From: a virus
Taxonomy: Duplodnaviria; Heunggongvirae; Uroviricota; Caudoviricetes
Length of the DNA: 39,503 nt
Strand: one strand, 5' to 3'
IMG/VR virus record: IMGVR_UViG_2718218309_000001
Part shown: positions 18,758-27,139 of the stretch, piece by piece
Layout of the letters: each line of letters starts with the position of its first letter
Position numbering within the stretch: position 1 is the first letter of the stretch
Notes under the pieces: generated by a model
What the model was told of the DNA's origin: nothing
Seen by the model: the letters and a program-made list of their open reading frames with translations, nothing else
The model's database searches: none
Position numbers and translations under genes: made by a program

Positions 18758-18835
18758 AATACCGCGCATTGTTTCACTGCCCCCATCACCGCAACCATAA
18801 GGCTCCAGTAAGTTATTTCTAACGGAGCACGGCTC

Positions 18836-19669
18836 ATGACAGTGAAAGCAAAGCGTTTTCGCATCGGGGTGGAAGGTGCCACCACCGACGGACGCGAAAT
18901 CCAGCGTGAATGGCTGGAACAGATGGCAGCCAGCTACAACCCGGCGGTGTATACCGCGCTGATTAACCTTGAGCACATCAAGTCTTATCTCCCGGACAGC
19001 ACCTTTAACCGTTACGGCAAGGTGACGGCGCTGTTTGCTGAAGAAATCACGGAAGGCCCGCTGGCAGGCAAGATGGCGCTGTATGCCGACGTTGAGCCAA
19101 CGGAGTCCCTGGTGGAATTGGTGAAAAAAGGCCAGAAATTATTCACCTCTATGGAAGTCAGCCCGAAGTTCGCTGATACGGGCAAAGCCTACCTGGTCGG
19201 CCTGGCTGCCACTGATGACCCTGCCAGTTTGGGTACGGAAATGCTGACATTCAGCGCCAGTGCAGCCCATAACCCGCTGGCAAACCGCAAGCAGAATCCC
19301 GCCAATCTCTTTACCGCCGCAGAGGAAACGGTGATCGAACTGGAAGAAATCCAGGAGGACAAACCGTCCCTGTTTGCCCGTGTCACGGCGCTGTTTACCA
19401 AAAAAGAGCAGTCCGACGATGCCCGGTTCTCTGATGTGCATAAGGCCGTGGAGCTGGTCGCCACTGAGCAGCAAAACCTGAGCGCACGCACCGAAAAATC
19501 CCTGTCTGAGCAGGAAGAACGTCTGTTTGAGCTGGAGACTGCCCTGCAGGCACAGCAGACCGCCTTTAACGAACTGGTGAATAAGCTGAGTCATGAAGAC
19601 AGCCGCCAGGACTACCGCCAGCGTGCAACAGGCGGTAACGCCCCCGCTGACACTCTGACCAATTGCTGA
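18836..19669 (+). CDS. O: Capsid scaffolding protein (P2 gpO)
   Basis: 277-aa acidic coiled-coil-rich protein immediately before the major capsid gene. Confidence 0.9.
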   Translation: MTVKAKRFRIGVEGATTDGREIQREWLEQMAASYNPAVYTALINLEHIKSYLPDSTFNRYGKVTALFAEEITEGPLAGKMALYADVEPTESLVELVKKGQKLFTSMEVSPKFADTGKAYLVGLAATDDPASLGTEMLTFSASAAHNPLANRKQNPANLFTAAEETVIELEEIQEDKPSLFARVTALFTKKEQSDDARFSDVHKAVELVATEQQNLSARTEKSLSEQEERLFELETALQAQQTAFNELVNKLSHEDSRQDYRQRATGGNAPADTLTNC

Positions 19670-19685
19670 TGGAGCACAAAACCCG

Positions 19686-20744
19686 ATGAAGAAGAATACC
19701 CGCTTTGCTTTTAACGCTTACCTGCAGCAGCTGGCGCGTCTGAACGGTGTGGCAGTTGAAGAACTGTCCAGCAAGTTCACCGTAGAGCCGTCCGTGCAGC
19801 AGACGCTGGAAGACCAGATCCAGCAGTCCGCCTCTTTCCTGACGCTGATTAACGTCACGCCAGTGACTGAGCAGTCTGGTCAGTTGCTGGGGCTGGGTGT
19901 TGGCAGCACCATTGCCGGAACCACTGATACCACCGCGAAAGAGCGAGAACCTGTCGATCCGACGCTGATGGTCGATGTGGAATACAAATGCGAACAGACC
20001 AACTTTGACACGGTGCTGACCTACGCGAAGCTGGACCTGTGGGCGAAGTTTCAGGATTTCCAGGTGCGTATCCGTAACGCCATCGTGAAACGTCAGGCAC
20101 TGGACCGCATCATGATCGGCTTTAACGGCGTGAAGCGTGCGAAAACCTCCAACCGTAGCGAAAACCCGCTGCTGCAGGATGTGAACAAAGGCTGGCTGCA
20201 GAAAATCCGTGAGGATGCACCGGATCACGTCATGGGCAGCACCACCACGGGCGGTGAAACCACACCGGGCGCGGTGAAAGTCGGGAAAGGTGGCGAATAT
20301 GCCAACCTGGACGCCGTAGTGATGGATGCCGTCAATGAGCTTATCGATGTGGTCTACCAGGACGATGACGATCTGGTGGTGATTTGCGGTCGTGAACTGC
20401 TGTCTGACAAGTATTTCCCGCTGGTCAACAAAGAGCAGGAAAACAGTGAAAAACTGGCTGCCGATATGATCATCAGTCAGAAACGCATGGGTGGCCTGCA
20501 GGCGGTGCGTGCGCCGTTCTTCCCGCCGAATGCGCTGCTGATCACCCGTCTGGATAACCTGTCCATCTACTGGCAGGAAGATACCCGCCGCCGTTCAGTT
20601 ATCGACAACCCGAAACGTGACCGGATTGAAAATTTTGAATCCGTTAACGAAGCCTATGTGGTTGAGGACTATCGCTGCGCTGCACTGGTGGAAAACATCC
20701 AGATTGGTGACTTCAGCGCCGCCGCAGCAGAAACCGGAGCGTAA
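19686..20744 (+). CDS. N: Major capsid protein (P2 gpN)
   Basis: 352-aa protein in the P2 N position; size and order match. Confidence 0.95.
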   Translation: MKKNTRFAFNAYLQQLARLNGVAVEELSSKFTVEPSVQQTLEDQIQQSASFLTLINVTPVTEQSGQLLGLGVGSTIAGTTDTTAKEREPVDPTLMVDVEYKCEQTNFDTVLTYAKLDLWAKFQDFQVRIRNAIVKRQALDRIMIGFNGVKRAKTSNRSENPLLQDVNKGWLQKIREDAPDHVMGSTTTGGETTPGAVKVGKGGEYANLDAVVMDAVNELIDVVYQDDDDLVVICGRELLSDKYFPLVNKEQENSEKLAADMIISQKRMGGLQAVRAPFFPPNALLITRLDNLSIYWQEDTRRRSVIDNPKRDRIENFESVNEAYVVEDYRCAALVENIQIGDFSAAAAETGA

Positions 20745-20747
20745 TTC

Positions 20748-21398
20748 ATGAGCCTGAGTCCCGCACGGCAGCATCGCCTGCGCGTTCAGGCTGAACAGGC
20801 CGCTCGCGAGGGTGGCAGTGTTCGCCACGCGTCGGGCTATGACCTGATGCTGCTGCAACTGGCGGAAGACCGCCGCCGTCTCAAGGGCGTTCAGTCCACG
20901 GTCAAAAAAGCGGAAATCAAGGTGGAGCTGCTGCCGAAATATGCCGCCTGGGCGGAGGGCGTTCTGGCTGCCGGAGGCGCTCAACAGGATGACGTGCTGA
21001 TGTACGTGATGCTGTGGCGCATTGATGCCGGAGATTATGCAGGGGCGCTGGAGATCGGGCGTCATGCCCTGCGTCATGGCTGGGTGATGCCGCTGGGTAA
21101 CCGCAACGTGCAGACCGTGCTGGCAGAGGAAATGGCAGACGCGGCGCAGAGCGCAATGCTTGCCGCCACCGGCTTTGATGCCGATCTGTTGCTGCAGACG
21201 CTGGAGCTGACAGACGGTCTGGATATGCCGGACCAGTCACGGGCGCGTCTGCATAAAGCGATTGGCGCTGTCCTGAGTGAAAGCAACCCGGCTTCCGCCC
21301 TTAATCATCTCAACCATGCGTTACAGCTCGATCCTCGCTGTGGCGTGAAAAAAGACAAACAGCAGCTGGAGCGCAGACTGCGCAATGACAGCCGCTGA
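20748..21398 (+). CDS. M: Terminase small (endonuclease) subunit (P2 gpM)
   Basis: 216-aa protein following N, as in P2. Confidence 0.85.
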   Translation: MSLSPARQHRLRVQAEQAAREGGSVRHASGYDLMLLQLAEDRRRLKGVQSTVKKAEIKVELLPKYAAWAEGVLAAGGAQQDDVLMYVMLWRIDAGDYAGALEIGRHALRHGWVMPLGNRNVQTVLAEEMADAAQSAMLAATGFDADLLLQTLELTDGLDMPDQSRARLHKAIGAVLSESNPASALNHLNHALQLDPRCGVKKDKQQLERRLRNDSR

Positions 21399-21493
21399 CA
21401 GAACGTGCCCCCGCGCACGGGCGGCACGGGGTGGCGAAAGGCACTGCCACATCAAAACCCCGTCCACCGCCCTCTATTTCAGGAGAAAGCAGC

Positions 21494-21958
21494 ATGAAGT
21501 TTGTTGCGCCAGAACAGGCACCGGAACAGGCGGAAATCATCAGGAATACACCGTTCTGGCCTGATGTGGACCTGTCGGAGTTTCGCAGCGTGATGCGCAC
21601 TGACGGCACGGTGACGCAGCCGCGTTTAAAGCAGGTTGCGCTGTCGGCAATTTCGGAGGTCAACGCAGAGCTGTATGAGTTTCGCAGACGCCAGCAGATG
21701 CTGGGGTATGCCTCGCTGGCAGAAGTTCCGGCGGAACAGCTGGACGGCAAAAGTGAGCGCATTCAGCACTATTTCAACGCGGTTTACTGCTGGGCACGCG
21801 CCATGCTCAACGAACGATACCAGGACTATGACGCCACGGCGTCCGGTGTGAAGCGGGGCGAGGAACTGGCGGAAGCAAGCGGTGATTTGTGGCGTGACGC
21901 CCGCTGGGCCATCAGCCGGGTGCAGGATGCGCCGCACTGCACAGTGGAGCTTATCTGA
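21494..21958 (+). CDS. L: Head completion/stabilisation protein (P2 gpL)
   Basis: ATG at 21494 preceded by AGGAGAAAG RBS; position after M. Confidence 0.85.
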   Translation: MKFVAPEQAPEQAEIIRNTPFWPDVDLSEFRSVMRTDGTVTQPRLKQVALSAISEVNAELYEFRRRQQMLGYASLAEVPAEQLDGKSERIQHYFNAVYCWARAMLNERYQDYDATASGVKRGEELAEASGDLWRDARWAISRVQDAPHCTVELI

Positions 21959-22161
21959 TGAAAGTGCGTGCGCATCAGTATGACACGGTGGACGCGCTTT
22001 GCTGGCGTCATTACGGGCGCACGCAGGGGGTCACGGAGCAGGTACTGAAGGCAAATCCGGGGCTTGCCGAATACGGCCCCTTTTTACCTCACGGGCTGCA
22101 GGTGGAGCTGCCGGACATTCCGACCACCACCACCGTGCAGACCGTCCAGCTATGGGACTGA
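21958..22161 (+). CDS. X: Tail protein X (P2 gpX)
   Basis: 67-aa ORF whose start overlaps the L stop (TGATG); position as in P2. Confidence 0.8.
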   Translation: MKVRAHQYDTVDALCWRHYGRTQGVTEQVLKANPGLAEYGPFLPHGLQVELPDIPTTTTVQTVQLWD

Positions 22162-22164
22162 ATT

Positions 22165-22380
22165 ATGACGCTTGAGCGAATCAGCGCCTTTATCACGTAT
22201 TGCATCGCCGTCGTGCTGGCCTGGCTGGGCGATTTGTCCATCAAGGATGCCTCAACGCTGGGCGGCCTGATGATTGGTGTACTGATGCTGGCTATCAACT
22301 GGTACTACAAACACAAATCCTACCAGCTTCTGCGCGACGGGCAGATCTCGCGGGAGGACTATGAATCCATCAATCGTTAA
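22165..22380 (+). CDS. Putative holin (71 aa, two TM segments)
   Basis: Two hydrophobic helices and a charged C-terminus; immediately upstream of the endolysin. Confidence 0.65.
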   Translation: MTLERISAFITYCIAVVLAWLGDLSIKDASTLGGLMIGVLMLAINWYYKHKSYQLLRDGQISREDYESINR

Positions 22381-22873
22381 ACGCTGCCTTGTCGGGGCCG
22401 TGCTGGCTATTGCTGCCACGCTGCCGGGTTTTCAGCAGCTTCACACCTCCGTGGAGGGGCTGAAACTGATTGCTGATTACGAAGGCTGTCGTCTGCAGCC
22501 GTATCAGTGCAGCGCGGGTGTCTGGACCGACGGCATTGGTAATACATCGGGCGTCATTCCCGGCAAAACAATCACGGAACGACAGGCAGCAGAAGGGCTG
22601 ATCTCCAACGTGCTGCGTGTGGAGCGGGTACTGGAAAGGTGTGTGAAGCAACTGCCACCACAGAAGGTGTATGACGCTACGGTGTCGTTTGCCTTCAACG
22701 TGGGGACGGGCAATGCCTGCAGCTCCACGCTGGTGAAATTGCTCAATCAGCGGCGCTGGGCGGATGCGTGCCGACAGTTGCCGCGCTGGGTTTATGTAAA
22801 AGGTGTGTTTAATCAGGGGCTGGATAACCGCCGTGCGCGGGAGATGGCCTGGTGTTTACAGGGAGCAAACTGA
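22361..22873 (+). CDS. K: Phage lysozyme/endolysin (P2 gpK-like) with N-terminal hydrophobic signal-anchor (SAR-like) segment
   Basis: Hydrophobic N-terminus KRCLVGAVLAIAATLPGF followed by a lysozyme-like core (EGLKLIADYEGCRLQPY...GVWTDGIGNT). Confidence 0.85.
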   Translation: MNPSIVKRCLVGAVLAIAATLPGFQQLHTSVEGLKLIADYEGCRLQPYQCSAGVWTDGIGNTSGVIPGKTITERQAAEGLISNVLRVERVLERCVKQLPPQKVYDATVSFAFNVGTGNACSSTLVKLLNQRRWADACRQLPRWVYVKGVFNQGLDNRRAREMAWCLQGAN

Positions 22874-22874
22874 A

Positions 22875-23252
22875 ATGAAAAAGAAATTAATCAGCGGACT
22901 GTTTCTGATGTTATGGATGGCGCTGTTAATCGCAGCAATGGTGTATCCGCAGGGGATTTTTCCGGTACTGGCAGCGTCCGGCGTTTGGGTAGCCTGTTTG
23001 CTGACATGGGCGGTAATTCCGGTAGCACTGGCTGCGTTAATTAAGAATGGCCCGCTCTGGCAGGAGTTAAGGGCATCTTTACTGAAGACAATTACCCGAA
23101 AAGAAAACGTATTTATCAGTTGGGTGATGCGATTGCTGATTGTTGTAAGTCTCGCCTGGACGGGGTGGGCTATTACCCTGGTCTTTTATCTACTGACCGT
23201 TATTGCCTTCTGGATCACCCGTAATCAGATGGCGCAACAGGTAGCAGCATGA
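22875..23252 (+). CDS. lysA: Lysis accessory membrane protein (LysA-like, 125 aa, about 4 TM)
   Basis: Highly hydrophobic ORF between endolysin and LysB; ATG at 22875. Confidence 0.55.
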   Translation: MKKKLISGLFLMLWMALLIAAMVYPQGIFPVLAASGVWVACLLTWAVIPVALAALIKNGPLWQELRASLLKTITRKENVFISWVMRLLIVVSLAWTGWAITLVFYLLTVIAFWITRNQMAQQVAA

Positions 23253-23677
23253 ACCGGTTGCTGCTGGTTGTGCTGGCGTTATTACTGGCGGCGCTGGGCT
23301 GGCAGACGTGGCGGCTGGCTGATGCCAGCCAGACCATTAGCACGCAGGCAGACGAGCTGCAGAGCAAAAGCCAGGCACTGGCAAAGAGCAACAGCCAGCT
23401 TATCAGCCTGTCCATTCTGACTGAAACCAATAACCGGGAGCAGGCGCGGCTCTATGCCGAAGCAGAACAGACCAGCGCGCTGCTGAGACAACGACAACAC
23501 CGGATCGAGGAACTGAAACGTGAGAACGAGGATTTACGCCGCTGGGCTGATACTCCTTTGCCTGCTGACATTATCCGGCTGCGGGAACGTCCGACGCTCA
23601 CCGGAGGTGCAGCTTATCGTCAGTGGTTGTCCGCGAGTGACACCGTGTCGGCTGGATCAGGCAGCGCCGCGCACTAA
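23249..23677 (+). CDS. lysB: Rz-like inner-membrane spanin (P2 LysB)
   Basis: N-terminal TM anchor plus coiled-coil periplasmic domain; contains an overlapping out-of-frame lipoprotein ORF. Confidence 0.8.
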   Translation: MNRLLLVVLALLLAALGWQTWRLADASQTISTQADELQSKSQALAKSNSQLISLSILTETNNREQARLYAEAEQTSALLRQRQHRIEELKRENEDLRRWADTPLPADIIRLRERPTLTGGAAYRQWLSASDTVSAGSGSAAH

Positions 23678-23810
23678 CGGTGATCTGAACGCGTTGTTGG
23701 ATGAAACGGAGGCCGCCTGGGCGGTCTGTGCAGACAAAGTGGACATGATTATTGCGTGTCAGGAGCAAAACAGTGAACAAACCACAATCCCTGCGCCACG
23801 CCCTCAATAA
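23520..23810 (+). CDS. lysC: Rz1-like outer-membrane lipoprotein spanin (P2 LysC), overlapping lysB in the +1 frame
   Basis: GTG start; signal peptide with lipobox LTLSGC; Pro-rich mature part. Confidence 0.75.
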   Translation: MRTRIYAAGLILLCLLTLSGCGNVRRSPEVQLIVSGCPRVTPCRLDQAAPRTNGDLNALLDETEAAWAVCADKVDMIIACQEQNSEQTTIPAPRPQ

Positions 23811-24204
23811 AGCTGTGCCTTATGTCCGCAATAACCCGGACAAACTGCATCTGTTTGTGGATAACGGTTCGCTGGTTGCCACGGGGGCCAGCTCCATGTC
23901 GTGGGAGTACCGTTACACCCTGAACGCGGTGATTGAGGATTTCAGCGGCGACCAGAATCTGCTGATGGCCCCGGTTTTGCTGTGGCTGAGGGATAACCAG
24001 CCCGATGCCATCAATAACCCGGCGTTACGGGAAAAACTATTCACCTTTGAGGTGGATATTCTGCGCAACGATGTCTGTGATATCAGCCTGAACCTGCAAC
24101 TGACGGAGCGTGTGCTGGTCAGCACTGACGGTAGTGTGTCGAGTGTTGAAGCTATAGCGGAACCTGATGAACCTGAAGAAATGTGGACGGTGAAACGTGG
24201 CTGA
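23773..24204 (+). CDS. R: Tail completion protein (P2 gpR)
   Basis: Probable GTG start at 23773 with AGGAG RBS 7 nt upstream; position as in P2. Confidence 0.8.
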   Translation: MNKPQSLRHALNKAVPYVRNNPDKLHLFVDNGSLVATGASSMSWEYRYTLNAVIEDFSGDQNLLMAPVLLWLRDNQPDAINNPALREKLFTFEVDILRNDVCDISLNLQLTERVLVSTDGSVSSVEAIAEPDEPEEMWTVKRG

Positions 24205-24643
24205 ACTGCAGAAGGTGGACGACTGGCTGAGTGCCTTGCTGGCGAATCTGGAACCAGCCACGAGAAGCCGCATGATGCGCCAGCTGGCGCAGGAACTGCG
24301 CCGGACACAGCAGCAGAATATCAGGATGCAGCGCAATCCAGATGGCAGCAGTTATGAACCGCGCAGGGTAACAGCACGCAGCAAGAAGGGGCGCATCAAA
24401 CGTCAGATGTTTGCAAAGCTGCGCACCACAAAATACCTGAAAACTGCCGCCAGCACCGACTCTGCCAGCGTGCAGTTTGAAGGCAAGGTGCAGCGCATTG
24501 CCCGCGTTCACCATTACGGCCTGCGAGATCGCGTCAGTCGTAAGGGACCGGAGGTGCGTTACGCAGAGCGTCGCCTTCTGGGTGTAAATGATGATGTTGA
24601 GGCAATGACCCGCGACATGATTCTGCAATGGCTGGCGGGGTGA
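24197..24643 (+). CDS. S: Tail completion / virion morphogenesis protein (P2 gpS)
   Basis: GTG start overlapping R stop; size and position match P2 S. Confidence 0.85.
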   Translation: MAELQKVDDWLSALLANLEPATRSRMMRQLAQELRRTQQQNIRMQRNPDGSSYEPRRVTARSKKGRIKRQMFAKLRTTKYLKTAASTDSASVQFEGKVQRIARVHHYGLRDRVSRKGPEVRYAERRLLGVNDDVEAMTRDMILQWLAG

Positions 24644-24647
24644 TCTT

Positions 24648-24665
24648 TGTATCAGCACTGATACA
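24648..24665. promoter_or_regulatory. Ogr-type late promoter element TGT-N12-ACA (PV)
   Basis: TGTATCAGCACTGATACA (itself palindromic) centred about 55 bp upstream of the V start. Confidence 0.5.
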
Positions 24666-24711
24666 AGTTGCAGCACTGCCGCCTTTCTTCCCCTGATGGC
24701 AACCTTTCCCT

Positions 24712-25290
24712 ATGAACGCACAATTAACCGAAATCATGCGCCTTATCACCAACCTGATCCGCACAGGGGTAGTCACCGAAGTGGACAGGGAAAACTGGCT
24801 TTGCCGGGTGAAAACGGGCGAGCTTGAAACCAACTGGATCAGCTGGCTGACGCTGCGTGCCGGGAATGCCCGTACATGGTGGCGACCATCGGAAGGTGAG
24901 CAGGTGGTGCTGCTGAGTCTGGGCGGCAATCTGGAAACCGCCTTTGCGCTGCCCGCTGTCTATTCGAATCAGTTCGCACCACCGTCGACGTCGGCGGACG
25001 CCTGCGTGACAGAACATCCTGACGGTGGCTGGTTTGAATACGAACCCGCCACCGGGCGCTGGTATGTCAGGGGCATCAAATCAATGGTCATTGAGGCTGC
25101 TGACAACATCACCATGAAAACCAGTGAGTTTGTACTGGAGGCTGACCGCACGCGCATTAACAGCGAAGTGGTGATCAATGGTGGCGTTACCCAGGGCGGC
25201 GGAGCGATGAGTTCTAACGGGATCGTGGTTGATGCGCATCAGCATACTGGCGTCCTGAAAGGCGGCGATACAACCGGAGGCCCGGTATGA
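24712..25290 (+). CDS. V: Baseplate spike/assembly protein (P2 gpV)
   Basis: 192-aa protein in the P2 V position after S and the PV element. Confidence 0.9.
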   Translation: MNAQLTEIMRLITNLIRTGVVTEVDRENWLCRVKTGELETNWISWLTLRAGNARTWWRPSEGEQVVLLSLGGNLETAFALPAVYSNQFAPPSTSADACVTEHPDGGWFEYEPATGRWYVRGIKSMVIEAADNITMKTSEFVLEADRTRINSEVVINGGVTQGGGAMSSNGIVVDAHQHTGVLKGGDTTGGPV

Positions 25291-25646
25291 CGCTTTATAG
25301 CGGGATGAACAATACCAGCGGCAAAGTCATTACTGATATTGATCATCTGCGCCAGTCGGTGCGGGACATTCTGCTGACACCGCAGGGTAGTCGTATTGCC
25401 CGCCGGGAATATGGTTCCCTGCTGTCGGCACTGATAGATCAGCCACAAAATCCGGCATTACGCCTGCAGGTCATGTCGGCAGTGTATGTGGCGCTGAGTC
25501 GCTGGGAGCCACGGTTGACGCTGGATTCCATCACCATCAACAGCAATTTTGACGGTTCAATGGTGGTGGAGCTGACCGGGCGGCGGAATAACGGTGTGCC
25601 TGTGTCCCTTTCCGTATCAACAGGAGCAGAGAATGGCAGTGATTGA
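25287..25646 (+). CDS. W: Baseplate wedge protein (P2 gpW, gp25-like)
   Basis: 119-aa protein, start overlaps V stop; position between V and J as in P2. Confidence 0.9.
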   Translation: MTLYSGMNNTSGKVITDIDHLRQSVRDILLTPQGSRIARREYGSLLSALIDQPQNPALRLQVMSAVYVALSRWEPRLTLDSITINSNFDGSMVVELTGRRNNGVPVSLSVSTGAENGSD

Positions 25647-26541
25647 CCTTTCGCAGTTGCCTGCACCGCAGATTGTGGATGTGCCGGACTTTGAGACGCT
25701 GCTTGCCGAACGCAAGGCAGAATTTGTGGCGCTTCATCCGAAAGATGAGCAGGAAGCAGTGATCCGCACGCTGGAACTGGAATCTGAACCCGCCACTAAA
25801 TTGTTGCAGGAGAACGCTTACCGTGAGTTGCTTCTGCGCCAGCGCATTAACGAAGCCGCGCAGGCGGTGATGGTGGCTTACGCGATGGGCGGCGATCTTG
25901 ACCAGCTCGCTGCCAACTACAACGTGACACGCCTGACGGTGACGCCTGCTGATAATGATGCTGTGCCGCCCGTTGCAGCTGTGATGGAAAGCGATGAAGC
26001 GTTGCGCCTGCGTGTGCCTGCGGCCTTTGAAGGGCTTTCTGTTGCGGGGCCAACTGCAGCTTATGAATTTCATGCCCGAAGCGCCGACGGTCGGGTGGCG
26101 GATGCCAGTGCAACCAGCCCGGCACCTGCAGAGGTGGTGCTGACTGTCCTTAGCCGCGAAGGCGATGGAACTGCAGAAAAAGACCTGCTGGACGTGGTGG
26201 AAAAAGCTCTGAACAGTGAGAACGTCCGCCCGGTGGCTGACCGTCTTACGGTTCGCAGCGCAGAAATCATCCCGTACCGCGTGGAAGCCACCATTTTTCT
26301 CTATCCTGGACCGGAAGCAGAGCCGGTAATGGCAGCGGCAAAAGCCAGCCTGCAGAAGTACATCGCCAGTCAGACGCGTCTTGGTCGGGATATTCGCCGT
26401 AGCGCCATTTTTGCCGCCCTGCATGTTGAGGGGGTGCAGCGTGTGGAGCTGGCTTCTCCTCTGGCGGATGTGGTCCTGAACAAAACACAGGCGGCATCAT
26501 GTACGCAGTGGAGCGTAACCAACGGAGGAACGGATGAATAG
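25633..26541 (+). CDS. J: Baseplate assembly protein (P2 gpJ)
   Basis: 302 aa from ATG 25633 (same length as P2 J); overlaps W and I. Confidence 0.9.
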   Translation: MAVIDLSQLPAPQIVDVPDFETLLAERKAEFVALHPKDEQEAVIRTLELESEPATKLLQENAYRELLLRQRINEAAQAVMVAYAMGGDLDQLAANYNVTRLTVTPADNDAVPPVAAVMESDEALRLRVPAAFEGLSVAGPTAAYEFHARSADGRVADASATSPAPAEVVLTVLSREGDGTAEKDLLDVVEKALNSENVRPVADRLTVRSAEIIPYRVEATIFLYPGPEAEPVMAAAKASLQKYIASQTRLGRDIRRSAIFAALHVEGVQRVELASPLADVVLNKTQAASCTQWSVTNGGTDE

Positions 26542-27139
26542 TCTGCTGCCACCGGGTTCAACACCACTGGAGCGCCGACTGGCGCAAACCTGCAGCGGGA
26601 TTTCTGATCTGCAGGTGCCGCTTCGTGACTTGTGGAATCCGGCAACCTGTCCGGTCAGTTTCCTGCCTTATCTCGCCTGGGCGTTCTCTGTGGATCGCTG
26701 GGACGAGGGCTGGACAGAAAGCGTCAAGCGCCAGGTGGTGAAGGATGCTTTTTATATTCATCAGCATAAAGGGACCACCAGTGCCGTGCGGCGGGTGGTG
26801 GAGCCGTTCGGATTCCTGATCCGCATTATTGAGTGGTGGCAGACCGGAGAAACACCGGGCACGTTTCGCCTGGATATCGGCGTGCAGGACCAGGGCATCA
26901 CTGAAGATACCTATCTGGAACTTGAGCGACTGATAAGCGATGCCAAACCATGTAGCCGCCACATGATCGGCATGTCCATCAATCTGCAGACCAGCGGCCC
27001 GCATTGGGTGGGAGCCGCCAGCTATCTTGGCGAAGAAATCACGATCTATCCGTATATCAACGAAACGATTATTTCCGGTGGCACCGCGCATGAAGGCGGG
27101 GCGGTCCATGTTATTGACACAATGAGAGTGAATCCATGA
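26534..27139 (+). CDS. I: Baseplate/tail formation protein (P2 gpI)
   Basis: Position between J and tail fibre H; overlapping starts and stops. Confidence 0.85.
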   Translation: MNSLLPPGSTPLERRLAQTCSGISDLQVPLRDLWNPATCPVSFLPYLAWAFSVDRWDEGWTESVKRQVVKDAFYIHQHKGTTSAVRRVVEPFGFLIRIIEWWQTGETPGTFRLDIGVQDQGITEDTYLELERLISDAKPCSRHMIGMSINLQTSGPHWVGAASYLGEEITIYPYINETIISGGTAHEGGAVHVIDTMRVNP

